A stretch of DNA of 64,000 nt from Bdellovibrionales bacterium (lineage in GTDB: Bacteria; Pseudomonadota; Alphaproteobacteria; Micavibrionales; Micavibrionaceae). The translations under genes and the position numbers were made by a program. Below the pieces are notes generated by a model, which saw only the letters and a list, made by a program, of their open reading frames with translations, was not told the origin of the DNA and made no database searches. Location of the stretch: NCBI GenBank assembly GCA_045106175.1, contig JBGCEF010000033.1:5319-69318 (forward strand), in the 5' to 3' direction. This document shows positions 45,396-56,309 of the stretch, piece by piece (position 1 is the first letter of the stretch; every line of letters begins with the position of its first letter).

Positions 45396-46892
45396 ATGCA
45401 TTACTTTTACAAATCCCCACAGTCTAATATTTTACGCAGTCTTTTTGGCTTGCGTGAGCGTTACTTGTTTACGCGCAACAATCGTCTTCGTTTAAGATAC
45501 AGTGCGACTGGTCTTTCATGTGTGCTTGCTGCGTTTGTTCTTTTGGGCCCGCAGTTGACGCAATCTGATGAGGAGCGTCATTCAGTTAGTGCGGATCAGA
45601 GTGTTGCATTGATTGAACCTGCTGCTGGCGTTTCTATTATTGATCAGGGCGGTGAAGAGCAAAATTTGCAGGTATTTTTATCGGATAGTTTGAAGGCGCG
45701 CATTTCCGATTCTATGCGTGCGGCGCCTGATATTCTTAAAAAGGCTGAAAAGCCAGTGTTGCATCGCAAGGTTTCTGTTGGAAGTGGGCAGACGATTGCG
45801 GGTGTTTTGCAAGAAGTTGGTGTTGGTAAAAATGATACATTTTATGCAGTGAAAGCGTTGGGTGAGCATTTTGATCCCCGTCGCGTGCGTTCCGGTCAAA
45901 AGCTTGATGTGCATTTTAAGAGTTTGGATGACGGGCAGCTTGGATTTGATCGTCTTGAGATGAAGGTTTCTCCTGTTAAAGAGATTTTGGTGACAAAAAA
46001 AGCGGATGAGAATTTTTCATCCGAGCTTGTTGAACAAGAACTTCAGCGTAGAGTTTATGGTCGTATTGCAAAGATTGAGACATCGCTTTACGGGTCTGCA
46101 GCGCGAGCAGATATTCCTTCGCCGATTATTGCGGAGATGATCCGTATTTATTCTTGGAATTTTGATTTTCAACGTGATATTCGCCGTGGTGATCAGGTTC
46201 AGGTGATGTATGAAGCCTTTGAGACGGAAGATGGTGAATTCGCGAAATTCGGGAAAATCTTATTTGCGAATTTGAAGAATGGTAATAGTGAAACACCGAT
46301 CTACCGTTTTGAGATGGCTAATGGACGTGTTGATTATTTTGAACCGGATGGGACCAGTGTTCGTAAGACATTGATGAAAACACCGGTTGATGGCGCGCGC
46401 ATTTCTTCTGGTTTTGGTATGCGCCGTCATCCTATTCTTGGTTATAACAAAATGCATAAAGGGGTAGATTTTGCAGCCCCCACAGGAACACCAATTTACG
46501 CGGCTGGCGACGGTGTGGTTGAGCATGTCGGTCGCAGAGGGGCGTACGGTAAATATATTCGTTTGCGTCATAATTCGAAATTAAAGACGGCCTATGCGCA
46601 TTTGCACAAATATAAAAAAGGTTTGAGCGCAGGCAAGAGTGTTAAGCAAGGCGATGTGATTGGTTATGTTGGATCAACAGGACGATCAACTGGTCCGCAT
46701 CTTCATTATGAAGTCCTTGTAAATGGTACCCAGGTTAATCCACGAAGTGTCAAATTGCCAACTGGTGAGATCTTAAGAGGTCAGGAATTAGATAAATTTA
46801 AAGCTATGGTTCGCAATCTTGATCGTGAATATGTTTCATTGACGAAGGGTCTTCGTTTTGCCTCTTGGTCTTTATCGGATGACCGTAGTTAA
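45396..46892 (+). CDS. M23 family peptidoglycan metalloendopeptidase with OapA/LysM-like domain
   Basis: HKGVDFAAPTGTPIYAAGDGVV, YAHL and GSTGRSTGPHLHYEV catalytic blocks. An upstream GQTIAGVLQEVGV domain is present. Confidence 0.9.
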   Translation: MHYFYKSPQSNILRSLFGLRERYLFTRNNRLRLRYSATGLSCVLAAFVLLGPQLTQSDEERHSVSADQSVALIEPAAGVSIIDQGGEEQNLQVFLSDSLKARISDSMRAAPDILKKAEKPVLHRKVSVGSGQTIAGVLQEVGVGKNDTFYAVKALGEHFDPRRVRSGQKLDVHFKSLDDGQLGFDRLEMKVSPVKEILVTKKADENFSSELVEQELQRRVYGRIAKIETSLYGSAARADIPSPIIAEMIRIYSWNFDFQRDIRRGDQVQVMYEAFETEDGEFAKFGKILFANLKNGNSETPIYRFEMANGRVDYFEPDGTSVRKTLMKTPVDGARISSGFGMRRHPILGYNKMHKGVDFAAPTGTPIYAAGDGVVEHVGRRGAYGKYIRLRHNSKLKTAYAHLHKYKKGLSAGKSVKQGDVIGYVGSTGRSTGPHLHYEVLVNGTQVNPRSVKLPTGEILRGQELDKFKAMVRNLDREYVSLTKGLRFASWSLSDDRS

Positions 46893-47587
46893 GATTTTTT
46901 TCCAAAAAACCGTAATCCATAAATCAAAATTAAACTAGCTGCGAGTGTGAACCAGAAAAACGCATATTGTGCGTGATTATTATTTGGTGACCATTTTTCG
47001 TTGCTTGGGAATGACCCTTTTAATGGTGGTTTGGCGTGATCAGCGAAAAGTATGAATGGGATCGCGCTGCCTAAATTTTTAGCGTTTGCGATTTGCTCAA
47101 TATCGTATCTGTACCAAATGTCGTTTGAAGGGTCGTTTTCAGGGATGAAATTATTCCAGGTTGAGCTCCTTGCGAGGCCTTTGAAGGTTATGGTCTGTCC
47201 GTTTAGCTCATTCAGTGGGTGTTGTCTGATGTCTTGGGTACTTGGGTTAAAACCTAGATCAACAAGAAGCATTCCTTGCATTGTTTTTACTGGTGTGACG
47301 ATGGTATGTCCGCCGATACTGTCTTGGACGTGGTGGCCAAATGGGATTGATTGATCGAATAAGAATTTACCGCTTATTTGCCCATAGGCGAAATCCTCTT
47401 CATTTATCGTGCTGAAATTTAACTCTTTGCTATTGTCTGAGGCATAGGCGGTTTCTAGTTTTTCTATGATATCATTTTTCCACGCCATGCGCTTAATTTG
47501 CCAGCTACCGAGCGCGCATAGAATGATGAAGCCAAGACATGTAAACAATGTTGCCCATAATGGAATTGAACGAGGTTTTTGTGTCAT
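46889..47587 (-). CDS. surf1: SURF1 family cytochrome oxidase biogenesis protein
   Basis: N-terminal TM plus LGSWQIKRMAWK, and C-terminal NNHAQYAFFWF. It sits at the end of the cox cluster. Confidence 0.88.
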   Translation of the reverse strand: MTQKPRSIPLWATLFTCLGFIILCALGSWQIKRMAWKNDIIEKLETAYASDNSKELNFSTINEEDFAYGQISGKFLFDQSIPFGHHVQDSIGGHTIVTPVKTMQGMLLVDLGFNPSTQDIRQHPLNELNGQTITFKGLARSSTWNNFIPENDPSNDIWYRYDIEQIANAKNLGSAIPFILFADHAKPPLKGSFPSNEKWSPNNNHAQYAFFWFTLAASLILIYGLRFFGKKS

Positions 47588-47590
47588 ATG

Positions 47591-47944
47591 TTATTCCCAA
47601 TCATTGGGCCGGTGTTTGAATTGAAGCGCGATAATATATGCTTTTAATGGTTTAAGTGTCAGTATGATTAAGATTAAGGTGCAGACGCCCCATATTAAAC
47701 CATGGAGCCATAAGGGCCATGTTAATAAGCGATCAGCGATAAGAGCTATTGGTACAATAAGCGAGCCGAGAATAAATGTCAGAAATACTGCTGGGCCGTC
47801 TGCGCTATCATTTTTTGTGAAATCCAGATTACAATTTTGGCACTGATCCAGCAATGTTAGATCAAATCTTGATTTATACAAATCGCCTGTTTTGCATCTT
47901 GGGCATTTGCAGGCTAGACCTGTTTTGATGAGGTCTAGATCCAT
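47591..47944 (-). CDS. DUF983 domain membrane protein
   Basis: CPRCKTGDLY...C.NC zinc-ribbon-like N-terminus followed by two TM helices. Typical cox-cluster neighbour in alphaproteobacteria. Confidence 0.75.
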   Translation of the reverse strand: MDLDLIKTGLACKCPRCKTGDLYKSRFDLTLLDQCQNCNLDFTKNDSADGPAVFLTFILGSLIVPIALIADRLLTWPLWLHGLIWGVCTLILIILTLKPLKAYIIALQFKHRPNDWE

Positions 47945-47971
47945 TTGTTAGTCCGCTCTTTATAATCTATT

Positions 47972-48895
47972 TTATTCCGCGGGGACTGCACGTGGTGCAC
48001 CCCTTAACAATTCTAGTTCGCTGTGGTCAACGCCGATTGCGCCCCACCAGTAGACAGCGATAAAGAGGAATAGCCATACAACGTCAACAAAGTGCCAATA
48101 CCAAGCTGCCGCTTCGAAGCCGAAGTGTTTTTCTGCGGTGAAGTGGTTGTTAGCCATTCGCCACCAGCATACGCCGAGGAATATCGTTCCCACTAAGACG
48201 TGGAAGCCGTGGAAACCAGTGGCCATAAAGAATGTTGATGAGTAAATACCGTCTGTAAAACCAAAATGTACATGACCGTATTCATAGATTTGGAAACATA
48301 AGAAAAAGAATCCTAAACCAACGGTGATTCCGAGGGCTTTTGAGGCTTCTTTGATATTATTGTGCAAGATTTCATGGTGCGCCCATGTACATGTACAGCC
48401 CGATAGCAAAAGAATCATTGTCATCATAAATGGAAGATCAAACGCTGGAATTGTTTCTATATTTTCAGGAGGCCAAACAAAATTTATGGCTTCTGTTGGG
48501 AATAAGGATGCGTTAAAGAAGGCCCAAAAAAATGCAACGAAGAACATTAATTCTGATGCGATAAATAAAACCATGCCGTAACGAAAGCCAATTTCTGCGA
48601 TGGGTGTATGGGCTTTTTCGACGACAGCCTCGTATATGACATCTTTCCACCAAAAGAACATACAAATTAAAATGGCTATAAGACCAAACATTGGGCCCCA
48701 TGGGAATGGTGCGTCTATTGGTTCACCGCTGAGTTGAGATGCGTTAAGGGCTTCGCGATAGGTTGGGAAATACAAAACCATTAAAAGGCAGAAAAACCCG
48801 GCTGCGAATGAGCTTGCTAACGGCCAAACATTGGGGCGCAAAATATGATAGGGGTGGGGTTTTCCCGTTGTGGTGTATTCAATATTTTCAGCCAT
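47972..48895 (-). CDS. ctaE: Cytochrome c oxidase subunit III
   Basis: HPYHILRPNVWP, GFHGFHVLVGT and WYWHFVDVVWLFLF signatures. Confidence 0.95.
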   Translation of the reverse strand: MAENIEYTTTGKPHPYHILRPNVWPLASSFAAGFFCLLMVLYFPTYREALNASQLSGEPIDAPFPWGPMFGLIAILICMFFWWKDVIYEAVVEKAHTPIAEIGFRYGMVLFIASELMFFVAFFWAFFNASLFPTEAINFVWPPENIETIPAFDLPFMMTMILLLSGCTCTWAHHEILHNNIKEASKALGITVGLGFFFLCFQIYEYGHVHFGFTDGIYSSTFFMATGFHGFHVLVGTIFLGVCWWRMANNHFTAEKHFGFEAAAWYWHFVDVVWLFLFIAVYWWGAIGVDHSELELLRGAPRAVPAE

Positions 48896-48936
48896 GGCTC
48901 GGTTATCTCTTAGAAGTTATATATTACTATGAAGGC

Positions 48937-49557
48937 TTAGTTGATTTGCTGTTCCAAATCAACAGTTTCATCATTGTAAAAGGCTTCCATGGCTTGATCA
49001 AGTTCTTCTGATTGTGCGGTGAAAAAAGTGTACGAGAGCGTGATGGTATCTATGTCTTGCATGAGTGGGTCATCATTCATTGCCGGATCGATATAAAACA
49101 TGACTGGCATGTCGACATATTCTTTGGGGCTTAGAATTTGTTCATCAAAGCAAAAGCATTGGATTTTGTGGAAGTATTTTCCAACCTTTAATGGGGTCAC
49201 ATTATAGACAGCGGTTCCGCCAGTGGGGGTCATGGCTTTGTTATATGCACTGTATGCGGTGAGGCCGCGTTGGCCTAGTTTAACGGTTATTTCCCTTTGT
49301 TCGGGTTTAAAGTCCCAAGGGAGGTTGCGATTTGTTTCGGCGTTGAACTTGACGGTAACTTCGCGGTCCAAAATTACATCAGGTAGCTCTGTTGCGACCT
49401 GTGTTGTTCCGGCGAAACCAGTGACGCGGCAAAAAAGGTTGTATAGAGGGACGAATGCATAAGACAGTGCGATCATGCCAACGACAAGTCCAAGGATTGT
49501 TAGCCCTAGGCGCGCATTTTTGCGAGATTGTTCTGCGTGGAGGTCATTATCCATCAT
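48937..49557 (-). CDS. ctaG: Cytochrome c oxidase assembly protein CtaG/Cox11
   Basis: LYNLFCRVTGFAGT and KIQCFCF Cu-binding motifs. Confidence 0.93.
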   Translation of the reverse strand: MMDNDLHAEQSRKNARLGLTILGLVVGMIALSYAFVPLYNLFCRVTGFAGTTQVATELPDVILDREVTVKFNAETNRNLPWDFKPEQREITVKLGQRGLTAYSAYNKAMTPTGGTAVYNVTPLKVGKYFHKIQCFCFDEQILSPKEYVDMPVMFYIDPAMNDDPLMQDIDTITLSYTFFTAQSEELDQAMEAFYNDETVDLEQQIN

Positions 49558-49622
49558 ACCAATATATATAGTGAAAAAATTGTTGGTATCAATCGTTGCT
49601 TAATAAGATTATTCGAAGGGTA

Positions 49623-49928
49623 TTACTTGGCAACAAGATCATTGTCATGGTTGCGTTCGTTGTTCAGGTCAGCGAGCTTTTTGTCATAGCGTTTACGGCT
49701 TTCGATCATTGGCTCAGCATATTGTTTTCTGCGTTCATCAATCGCTTTTCTAAACTCGATGCGGCTTTTGCGATATTCAAATTGACGATCATATATTTCA
49801 TTACATGAATCGATAGCTTCACCGGCTGAGTCTGTATCAATGGATTGTCCGCATGAATCTTGTGCGTTTGCATGTATTGGTGCGAATGCTGCGAATAGAA
49901 TTATGGCTAAGAGTGAGAGACGAATCAT
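49623..49928 (-). CDS. Small secreted protein, hypothetical
   Basis: 101 aa. Signal peptide (cleavage near ANA-QD), two Cys (DSCGQ, DSCNE), then a highly charged helical region. No family recognised. Confidence 0.5.
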   Translation of the reverse strand: MIRLSLLAIILFAAFAPIHANAQDSCGQSIDTDSAGEAIDSCNEIYDRQFEYRKSRIEFRKAIDERRKQYAEPMIESRKRYDKKLADLNNERNHDNDLVAK

Positions 49929-50001
49929 TGTGTGTAAACCTATATAGCTTTTCTAATAGTATATCTGAAATTGCTTGTTCGATAAAGATTTTATGCTTGG
50001 T

Positions 50002-50124
50002 TTAAGCTGGGCCGGCAATACGGATCATTGTGACAATCCATATCATTGCGATAAAAGCAAAAATAATGGCCAGAATGACAAGGTTTTTATTCTTTTTTTC
50101 TTTATGCAAATCGGAATGCGGCAT
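50002..50124 (-). CDS. 40-aa single-TM peptide between ctaB and ctaG (not in the ORF track)
   Basis: Manual reverse translation gives MPHSDLHKEKKNKNLVILAIIFAFIAMIWIVTMIRIAGPA, a basic N-terminus plus one TM helix. It starts 24 nt downstream of the ctaB stop. Confidence 0.55.
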   Translation of the reverse strand: MPHSDLHKEKKNKNLVILAIIFAFIAMIWIVTMIRIAGPA

Positions 50125-50148
50125 TTTGATCGTTCTTTTTGATAGTGG

Positions 50149-51054
50149 TTATAAGAGCATGAGGGCTAAAAATAATGCGAATAGATAAAATACCGAATAG
50201 CCGAACATGATTTTTGCATCTTTGAAGGTGTTATCATTTTCATCGGATTTGTAAACGCGAATAGCAGAGATTAAAAACAAGCCGCTTAATATGCTGGCTG
50301 CGATACCGTAGGATACATTTTCGAATCCTAAAAACCATGGGCTTAGTGTGATTGGGAATAACAGTAATGTATATGCCAGCATTTGAATTTTTGTCTTTTT
50401 TGCGCCGGCGGTCACGGTCATCATTGGAATTTTTGCACGTTTGTAATCTTCGTTTGCGAATAGTGATAAGGCCCAGAAATGTGGCGGGGTCCACATAAAT
50501 ATGATGGCGAACATAATGATAGGGTAAAGTGTTATATCTCCGGTTATTGCGGCCCAGCCAATGACGGGCGGGAAAGCGCCAGCAGCACCACCAATCACAA
50601 TATTTTGGGGCGTTGAGCGTTTTAACCAGATTGTATAGATTAAAACATAGAATAGATTTGCAAAGGCGAGTAACCCTGCTGCGGTCCAGTTCATAGCAAC
50701 GCCCATCATCATGCATGAAAAGACAGAGAGCACGCAGCCGAATGTGAGGGCTTCGTCTGGGTTGATTTTGCCAGTTGGAATAGGGCGTTCTTTGGTTCTG
50801 TCCATGATGGCGTCAATATCACGGTCAAACCACATATTAATTGCGCCTGCTGCGCCTGCGCCCAGAGCGAGACAGAGCATTGCGACGAATGCCAAAAAAG
50901 GGTGAGTGGTTTCTAAACCTGGAGCGACCCACATGCCTGCGAAACCTGTAAAGATTACGAGGCTCATAACCTTTGGTTTGAGCAAGGCGAAATAATCAGA
51001 AACAGTGCTTTCGCTTGTTTGTGTCACGTTATTTTGTGTGAGTGTACTATCCAT
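50149..51054 (-). CDS. ctaB: Protoheme IX farnesyltransferase (heme O synthase)
   Basis: UbiA-superfamily pattern N.WFDRDID..M.RT..RP and WTPPHFWAL. Confidence 0.93.
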   Translation of the reverse strand: MDSTLTQNNVTQTSESTVSDYFALLKPKVMSLVIFTGFAGMWVAPGLETTHPFLAFVAMLCLALGAGAAGAINMWFDRDIDAIMDRTKERPIPTGKINPDEALTFGCVLSVFSCMMMGVAMNWTAAGLLAFANLFYVLIYTIWLKRSTPQNIVIGGAAGAFPPVIGWAAITGDITLYPIIMFAIIFMWTPPHFWALSLFANEDYKRAKIPMMTVTAGAKKTKIQMLAYTLLLFPITLSPWFLGFENVSYGIAASILSGLFLISAIRVYKSDENDNTFKDAKIMFGYSVFYLFALFLALMLL

Positions 51055-51094
51055 TTGAGATATATACGCTCAGCAAGTCTATTGGGCAAGGGGT

Positions 51095-51670
51095 TTAGCC
51101 GTATGATGCGCCTAAAAATGGTTTCACGTCAGCTTTTGGTTTATAACGTTCGTCATCAAAATGTGCTTCAATGGCATAGCGAAGACGGCCGACTTCGCCT
51201 GCGTTTTCGACTGATCCTGTTGAATTTGGTCCGGTGTTAAAGAAATCAACGCCCATTCCTAAATCTGAGTAGCTTAGAATTGGTAGAGCGGCGATGACGT
51301 GTTGAAGTTCGCGTGCCATATCGTTGAGGCCCATGTCGCTGAATTCTTGTGCGAATTCAGATAGTGTGCGTTCGATGATAGCTGTGCTCTCACCATCTAG
51401 ATGATCATATATATAATCTAAGACTTGGCCATGGGGTGTTCCGTTGAGGATGAGTGAGAAGACTTGTTGTTTGAGGCTTTGCGCATATGGGTTGAGGACT
51501 AATTCTTCAACGCCTGCCGTTGTCTCTGCGTTTTCTGCAATGTCTTTTATAGTTTCGAATGTTGTTTTTCTTGTGCCCGTGAGTGCGCCAGCCTGTTCAA
51601 AATTATTGGACAGGGTGATTGTTCCAAAGTTACTTGGTTCATAGTCAGTGTGCGCGTAACTATTTAACAT
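51095..51670 (-). CDS. Hypothetical soluble protein inserted between ctaD and ctaB
   Basis: 191-aa ORF with no TM helix or signal peptide. It is preceded upstream by the ctaD terminator hairpin. No family recognised. Confidence 0.55.
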   Translation of the reverse strand: MLNSYAHTDYEPSNFGTITLSNNFEQAGALTGTRKTTFETIKDIAENAETTAGVEELVLNPYAQSLKQQVFSLILNGTPHGQVLDYIYDHLDGESTAIIERTLSEFAQEFSDMGLNDMARELQHVIAALPILSYSDLGMGVDFFNTGPNSTGSVENAGEVGRLRYAIEAHFDDERYKPKADVKPFLGASYG

Positions 51671-51751
51671 GTAATTTTATTAGCACTTTGTGCTATTAAA
51701 TGCAAATAAAATTATCATTTAGAGTTCTCTAATATGCAGGCTTCAGAGTAT

Positions 51752-51779
51752 AAAAAACCCCGCATTGAGCGGGGCTTTT
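51752..51779 (-). terminator. Rho-independent terminator after ctaD
   Basis: AAAAAACCCCGCATTGAGCGGGGCTTTT, about 20 nt downstream of the ctaD stop. On the minus strand the hairpin is followed by a T-run. Confidence 0.8.
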
Positions 51780-51798
51780 GGCTTAATTAATGTTCTGC

Positions 51799-53490
<1,692 letters not shown>

Positions 53491-53518
53491 TTATTCTTTA
53501 TCCCTTGATTTTAATATC

Positions 53519-54412
53519 TTAGTTTTGTTGCTGTGTTGTATTTTGCGCATTATCTAGAGTGTTTTCGAGCGCAGTCATTTCTGTATTATCGTTTACAGCT
53601 TTTATTTCTTTATCTGCGACCATAAAATCATCCTCGGATGCGCCATTGGCTAATGCCCATGTTTTATATTCTTCTTTTGTGACGGCTTTTACTTCGATTG
53701 GCATGTATGCGTGATCTTTACCGCAGATTTCTGAACACTGACCGTAATAAATGCCAGGTTCATTGATGCGGACCCATGTTTCATTCCAACGTCCTGGTAT
53801 TGCATCCATTTTTACGCCAAATGAGGGAACAGTCCATGAGTGGATGACGTCACCAGCCGAAATTAATAGCTGAATGTCTGTGTCTACAGGGAGTACGATT
53901 TGATTGTCTGTTGAAAGCAATCTGACTTGGTCTGCTGTAATATCTTTATCAGCGATCATGTACGAATCAAATGTGATGTCACCGTGATCGGGATATTGAT
54001 ATTGCCAATACCATTGATATCCGATGATTTTCAAGGTCATTTCTGGTGTTTCTGTTCTGTCGTTGTAATACAAAAGTTGAAATGACGGGATTGCAATGAA
54101 GATTAAGATGATGATTGGAACTAAGGTCCAAATGACCTCAATAAAAACATTGTGTGAAAATTGCTTAGGCTCTGGGTTAGCTTTGTGATTGTAGCGGATG
54201 ATGACCCAAACTAGTAAAACCAAAACGAATAGTGCGATTGCGATAATGATCCACAGCATCAAATTGTGAAAATCTGTGATGCGTTCTTTTAGTGGCGTTG
54301 CGGAATCTTGTAAATTTATGCCCCACGGTATTGGTTTTGCTGCAAAAGCAGGCAATGAGTACGAGGTTATAAATGCCGCTATGGCTAACATGATTGCGTT
54401 TAATTTTATCAT
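53519..54412 (-). CDS. ctaC: Cytochrome c oxidase subunit II
   Basis: CuA motif HSW.VP....K.DA.PGR...... CSEICG..HAYMP. The start is set at MIKLNAIM (signal/TM). The track ORF extends to 54511. Confidence 0.93.
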   Translation of the reverse strand: MIKLNAIMLAIAAFITSYSLPAFAAKPIPWGINLQDSATPLKERITDFHNLMLWIIIAIALFVLVLLVWVIIRYNHKANPEPKQFSHNVFIEVIWTLVPIIILIFIAIPSFQLLYYNDRTETPEMTLKIIGYQWYWQYQYPDHGDITFDSYMIADKDITADQVRLLSTDNQIVLPVDTDIQLLISAGDVIHSWTVPSFGVKMDAIPGRWNETWVRINEPGIYYGQCSEICGKDHAYMPIEVKAVTKEEYKTWALANGASEDDFMVADKEIKAVNDNTEMTALENTLDNAQNTTQQQN

Positions 54413-54520
54413 AATAAGAATTTTCTGATTTATATATGGGCGTTTAGTACGCTTAATTTCTTGATATATAAATAGAAACAAAATCCCTGAAAAGCAAGGC
54501 ATGTAATGCATTTTATGTGA

Positions 54521-55258
54521 TTATTTTTGTTTGAGAAATTCGGCGTGTGTTAAACATATAATGCTTGCTGTTTCTGCGCGTAAGATACGACTGCCGAGCG
54601 TTATTGACGTTACATTTGGCTTAGAGAGTAGGACGTTGATCTCTTGATCGGAAAAACCGCCCTCTGGACCGACTAAGAAATATAGAGAATTGCCCTTAAC
54701 CTTGTTTATGTGAATCGTTTCGTTCTGATTATCATTGCGTTCAATGCAAGCGTGGATTGTTTCTTCTTGAGGAAGGTCATGCAGAGATAGTGTTTCCGAT
54801 AACATTGGGATTTCTAGGCGTTCGCATTGTTCGCTTGCTTCTAGGATTTGTGCTTGTATGCGTTCTTTTTTAAAATGTCTGTTTTGGGTTCGCTCGGTAA
54901 TGATGGGGGAGAGTGTGTCAACGCCTAGCTCAACGGCTTTTTCAATTAAAATATCCATACGTGATTTTTTGATCGGCGCAAAGTAAAGCGTTGTTTTTGA
55001 ATGGTTTTCAGGTTGTTTTCTTGATTGGGATTGTAATTTTGCTTGTCCTGATTTTTTAGATAAGTTTTCTAGTTTTGCGATCCATTCACCGTTTTGGCCG
55101 TTAAACAGCCGGATAAAATTGCCGTCTTGTCGGCGTAGGACGTTTTTGAAATAATGAGCATGAGCAGTTGAAAGATCAATCACTGCTCCTTTATTGAGGG
55201 GCGTATCGACGTAAATACGTGGATATGTCCAAATTTTGTATATCTCTTCATTATGCAT
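54521..55258 (-). CDS. rsmE: 16S rRNA (uracil1498-N3)-methyltransferase
   Basis: PRIYVD..L, HAHYFKNVLR and C-terminal LVGPEGGFSDQE...LG.RILRAETA. Confidence 0.88.
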   Translation of the reverse strand: MHNEEIYKIWTYPRIYVDTPLNKGAVIDLSTAHAHYFKNVLRRQDGNFIRLFNGQNGEWIAKLENLSKKSGQAKLQSQSRKQPENHSKTTLYFAPIKKSRMDILIEKAVELGVDTLSPIITERTQNRHFKKERIQAQILEASEQCERLEIPMLSETLSLHDLPQEETIHACIERNDNQNETIHINKVKGNSLYFLVGPEGGFSDQEINVLLSKPNVTSITLGSRILRAETASIICLTHAEFLKQK

Positions 55259-56189
55259 AGGAATTGTATTGAAAGCGCAGAATCATCAAATTGGCAAGAG
55301 TGATATTCAACAAGAGCATTGGATTATCAAAACTTTGCCTAAACTTTACAAGCCGTATGCCTTGTTGGCGCGGGTTGATAGGCCCATTGGTGTGTGGCTT
55401 TTGGCTTTGCCGGGTTTGTGGGGGATATGGCTTGCTAGTGATGATTTTACTCTACGGGCCGTTGGGTTGAGTTGTTTATTTTTGGTTGGTGCTTTTGTGA
55501 TGCGATCGGCGGGATGCGTTATTAATGATATTTGGGATCGTGACCTTGATCGCCGTGTTGAACGGACAAAAGGCAGGCCATTAGCCGCAGGGGATGTTTC
55601 ACTCAAACAGGCTTTAATGTTTTTGCTCGCATTGCTTGGGGTTGGTTTGCTGGTTTTGATGCAGATGAATGCGACGACCATTATGCTTGGTTTTTTAAGT
55701 TTGCCTTTGATATTTGCGTATCCATTGATGAAGCGTATTACCTTTTGGCCACAAGCGTTTTTGGGGCTAACGTTTAATTTTGGTGTTTTGATGGGGTGGA
55801 GTGCGATGACAGAGGCTATTGGGCTTCCTGCATTATTGCTATATGTCGGGGCGATTTTTTGGACATTGGCGTATGATACGGTTTATGCGCATCAGGATAT
55901 CGAAGATGACATGAAAATTGGTGTGAAATCGACTGCAATTCGGTTTGGCGAGGCTAGTAAGGTATGGGTTAGTGTTTTTTATCTGTTGGCATTGAAGTGT
56001 ATGGTTTTAGCGTTTTGCGCTGTTCAACCTCTAGCTGCGCTAGCGCTTTTGCCCGTGGCGGGGCATATGGTTTTTCAAATTATCAGCTGGAAGCCAGAAA
56101 ACGCTAAGAGCTCGCTTAAGGTTTTTCAATCAAACCGTGATTGTGGATTTTTGATTTTAGCGGCGGCGTTAGTCGCAGCTTTTATATAG
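55236..56189 (+). CDS. ubiA: 4-hydroxybenzoate polyprenyltransferase
   Basis: LARVDRPIGVWLL and NDIWDRDLDRRVERTKGRPLA, plus a second Asp-rich block (YAHQDIEDD). The true start is probably downstream (e.g. TTG 55269), which would remove the overlap with rsmE. Confidence 0.88.
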   Translation: MYISSLCIGIVLKAQNHQIGKSDIQQEHWIIKTLPKLYKPYALLARVDRPIGVWLLALPGLWGIWLASDDFTLRAVGLSCLFLVGAFVMRSAGCVINDIWDRDLDRRVERTKGRPLAAGDVSLKQALMFLLALLGVGLLVLMQMNATTIMLGFLSLPLIFAYPLMKRITFWPQAFLGLTFNFGVLMGWSAMTEAIGLPALLLYVGAIFWTLAYDTVYAHQDIEDDMKIGVKSTAIRFGEASKVWVSVFYLLALKCMVLAFCAVQPLAALALLPVAGHMVFQIISWKPENAKSSLKVFQSNRDCGFLILAAALVAAFI

Positions 56190-56309
56190 ATAATTATCTG
56201 AGCTTTAATCTGAATTTAAAGTTTTATAGCTATAGTTTTTGGATTATTTAAATTTAAAGATTAAAGCTATGACAGAACGTGCAATTTTAGTGAACCCATA
56301 GAAAGCCAT

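Noticed and set aside
53519-54511. N-terminal extensions in several track ORFs: ctaC to 54511, yegP-like to 19836, yedK from 61553, mlaC from 5237, IalB from 44740, and the ORF from 43613.
   Set aside because: Internal starts give proper signal peptides, an RBS or the obligatory MCGRY N-terminus. The extensions overlap neighbouring genes or encode implausible leader sequences.
55236-55258. Apparent 23-nt head-to-head overlap of the rsmE and ubiA coding regions.
   Set aside because: It is probably an artefact of taking the most upstream TTG for ubiA. An in-frame TTG at 55269 (MKAQNHQ...) removes the overlap, and the conserved UbiA region starts well downstream.
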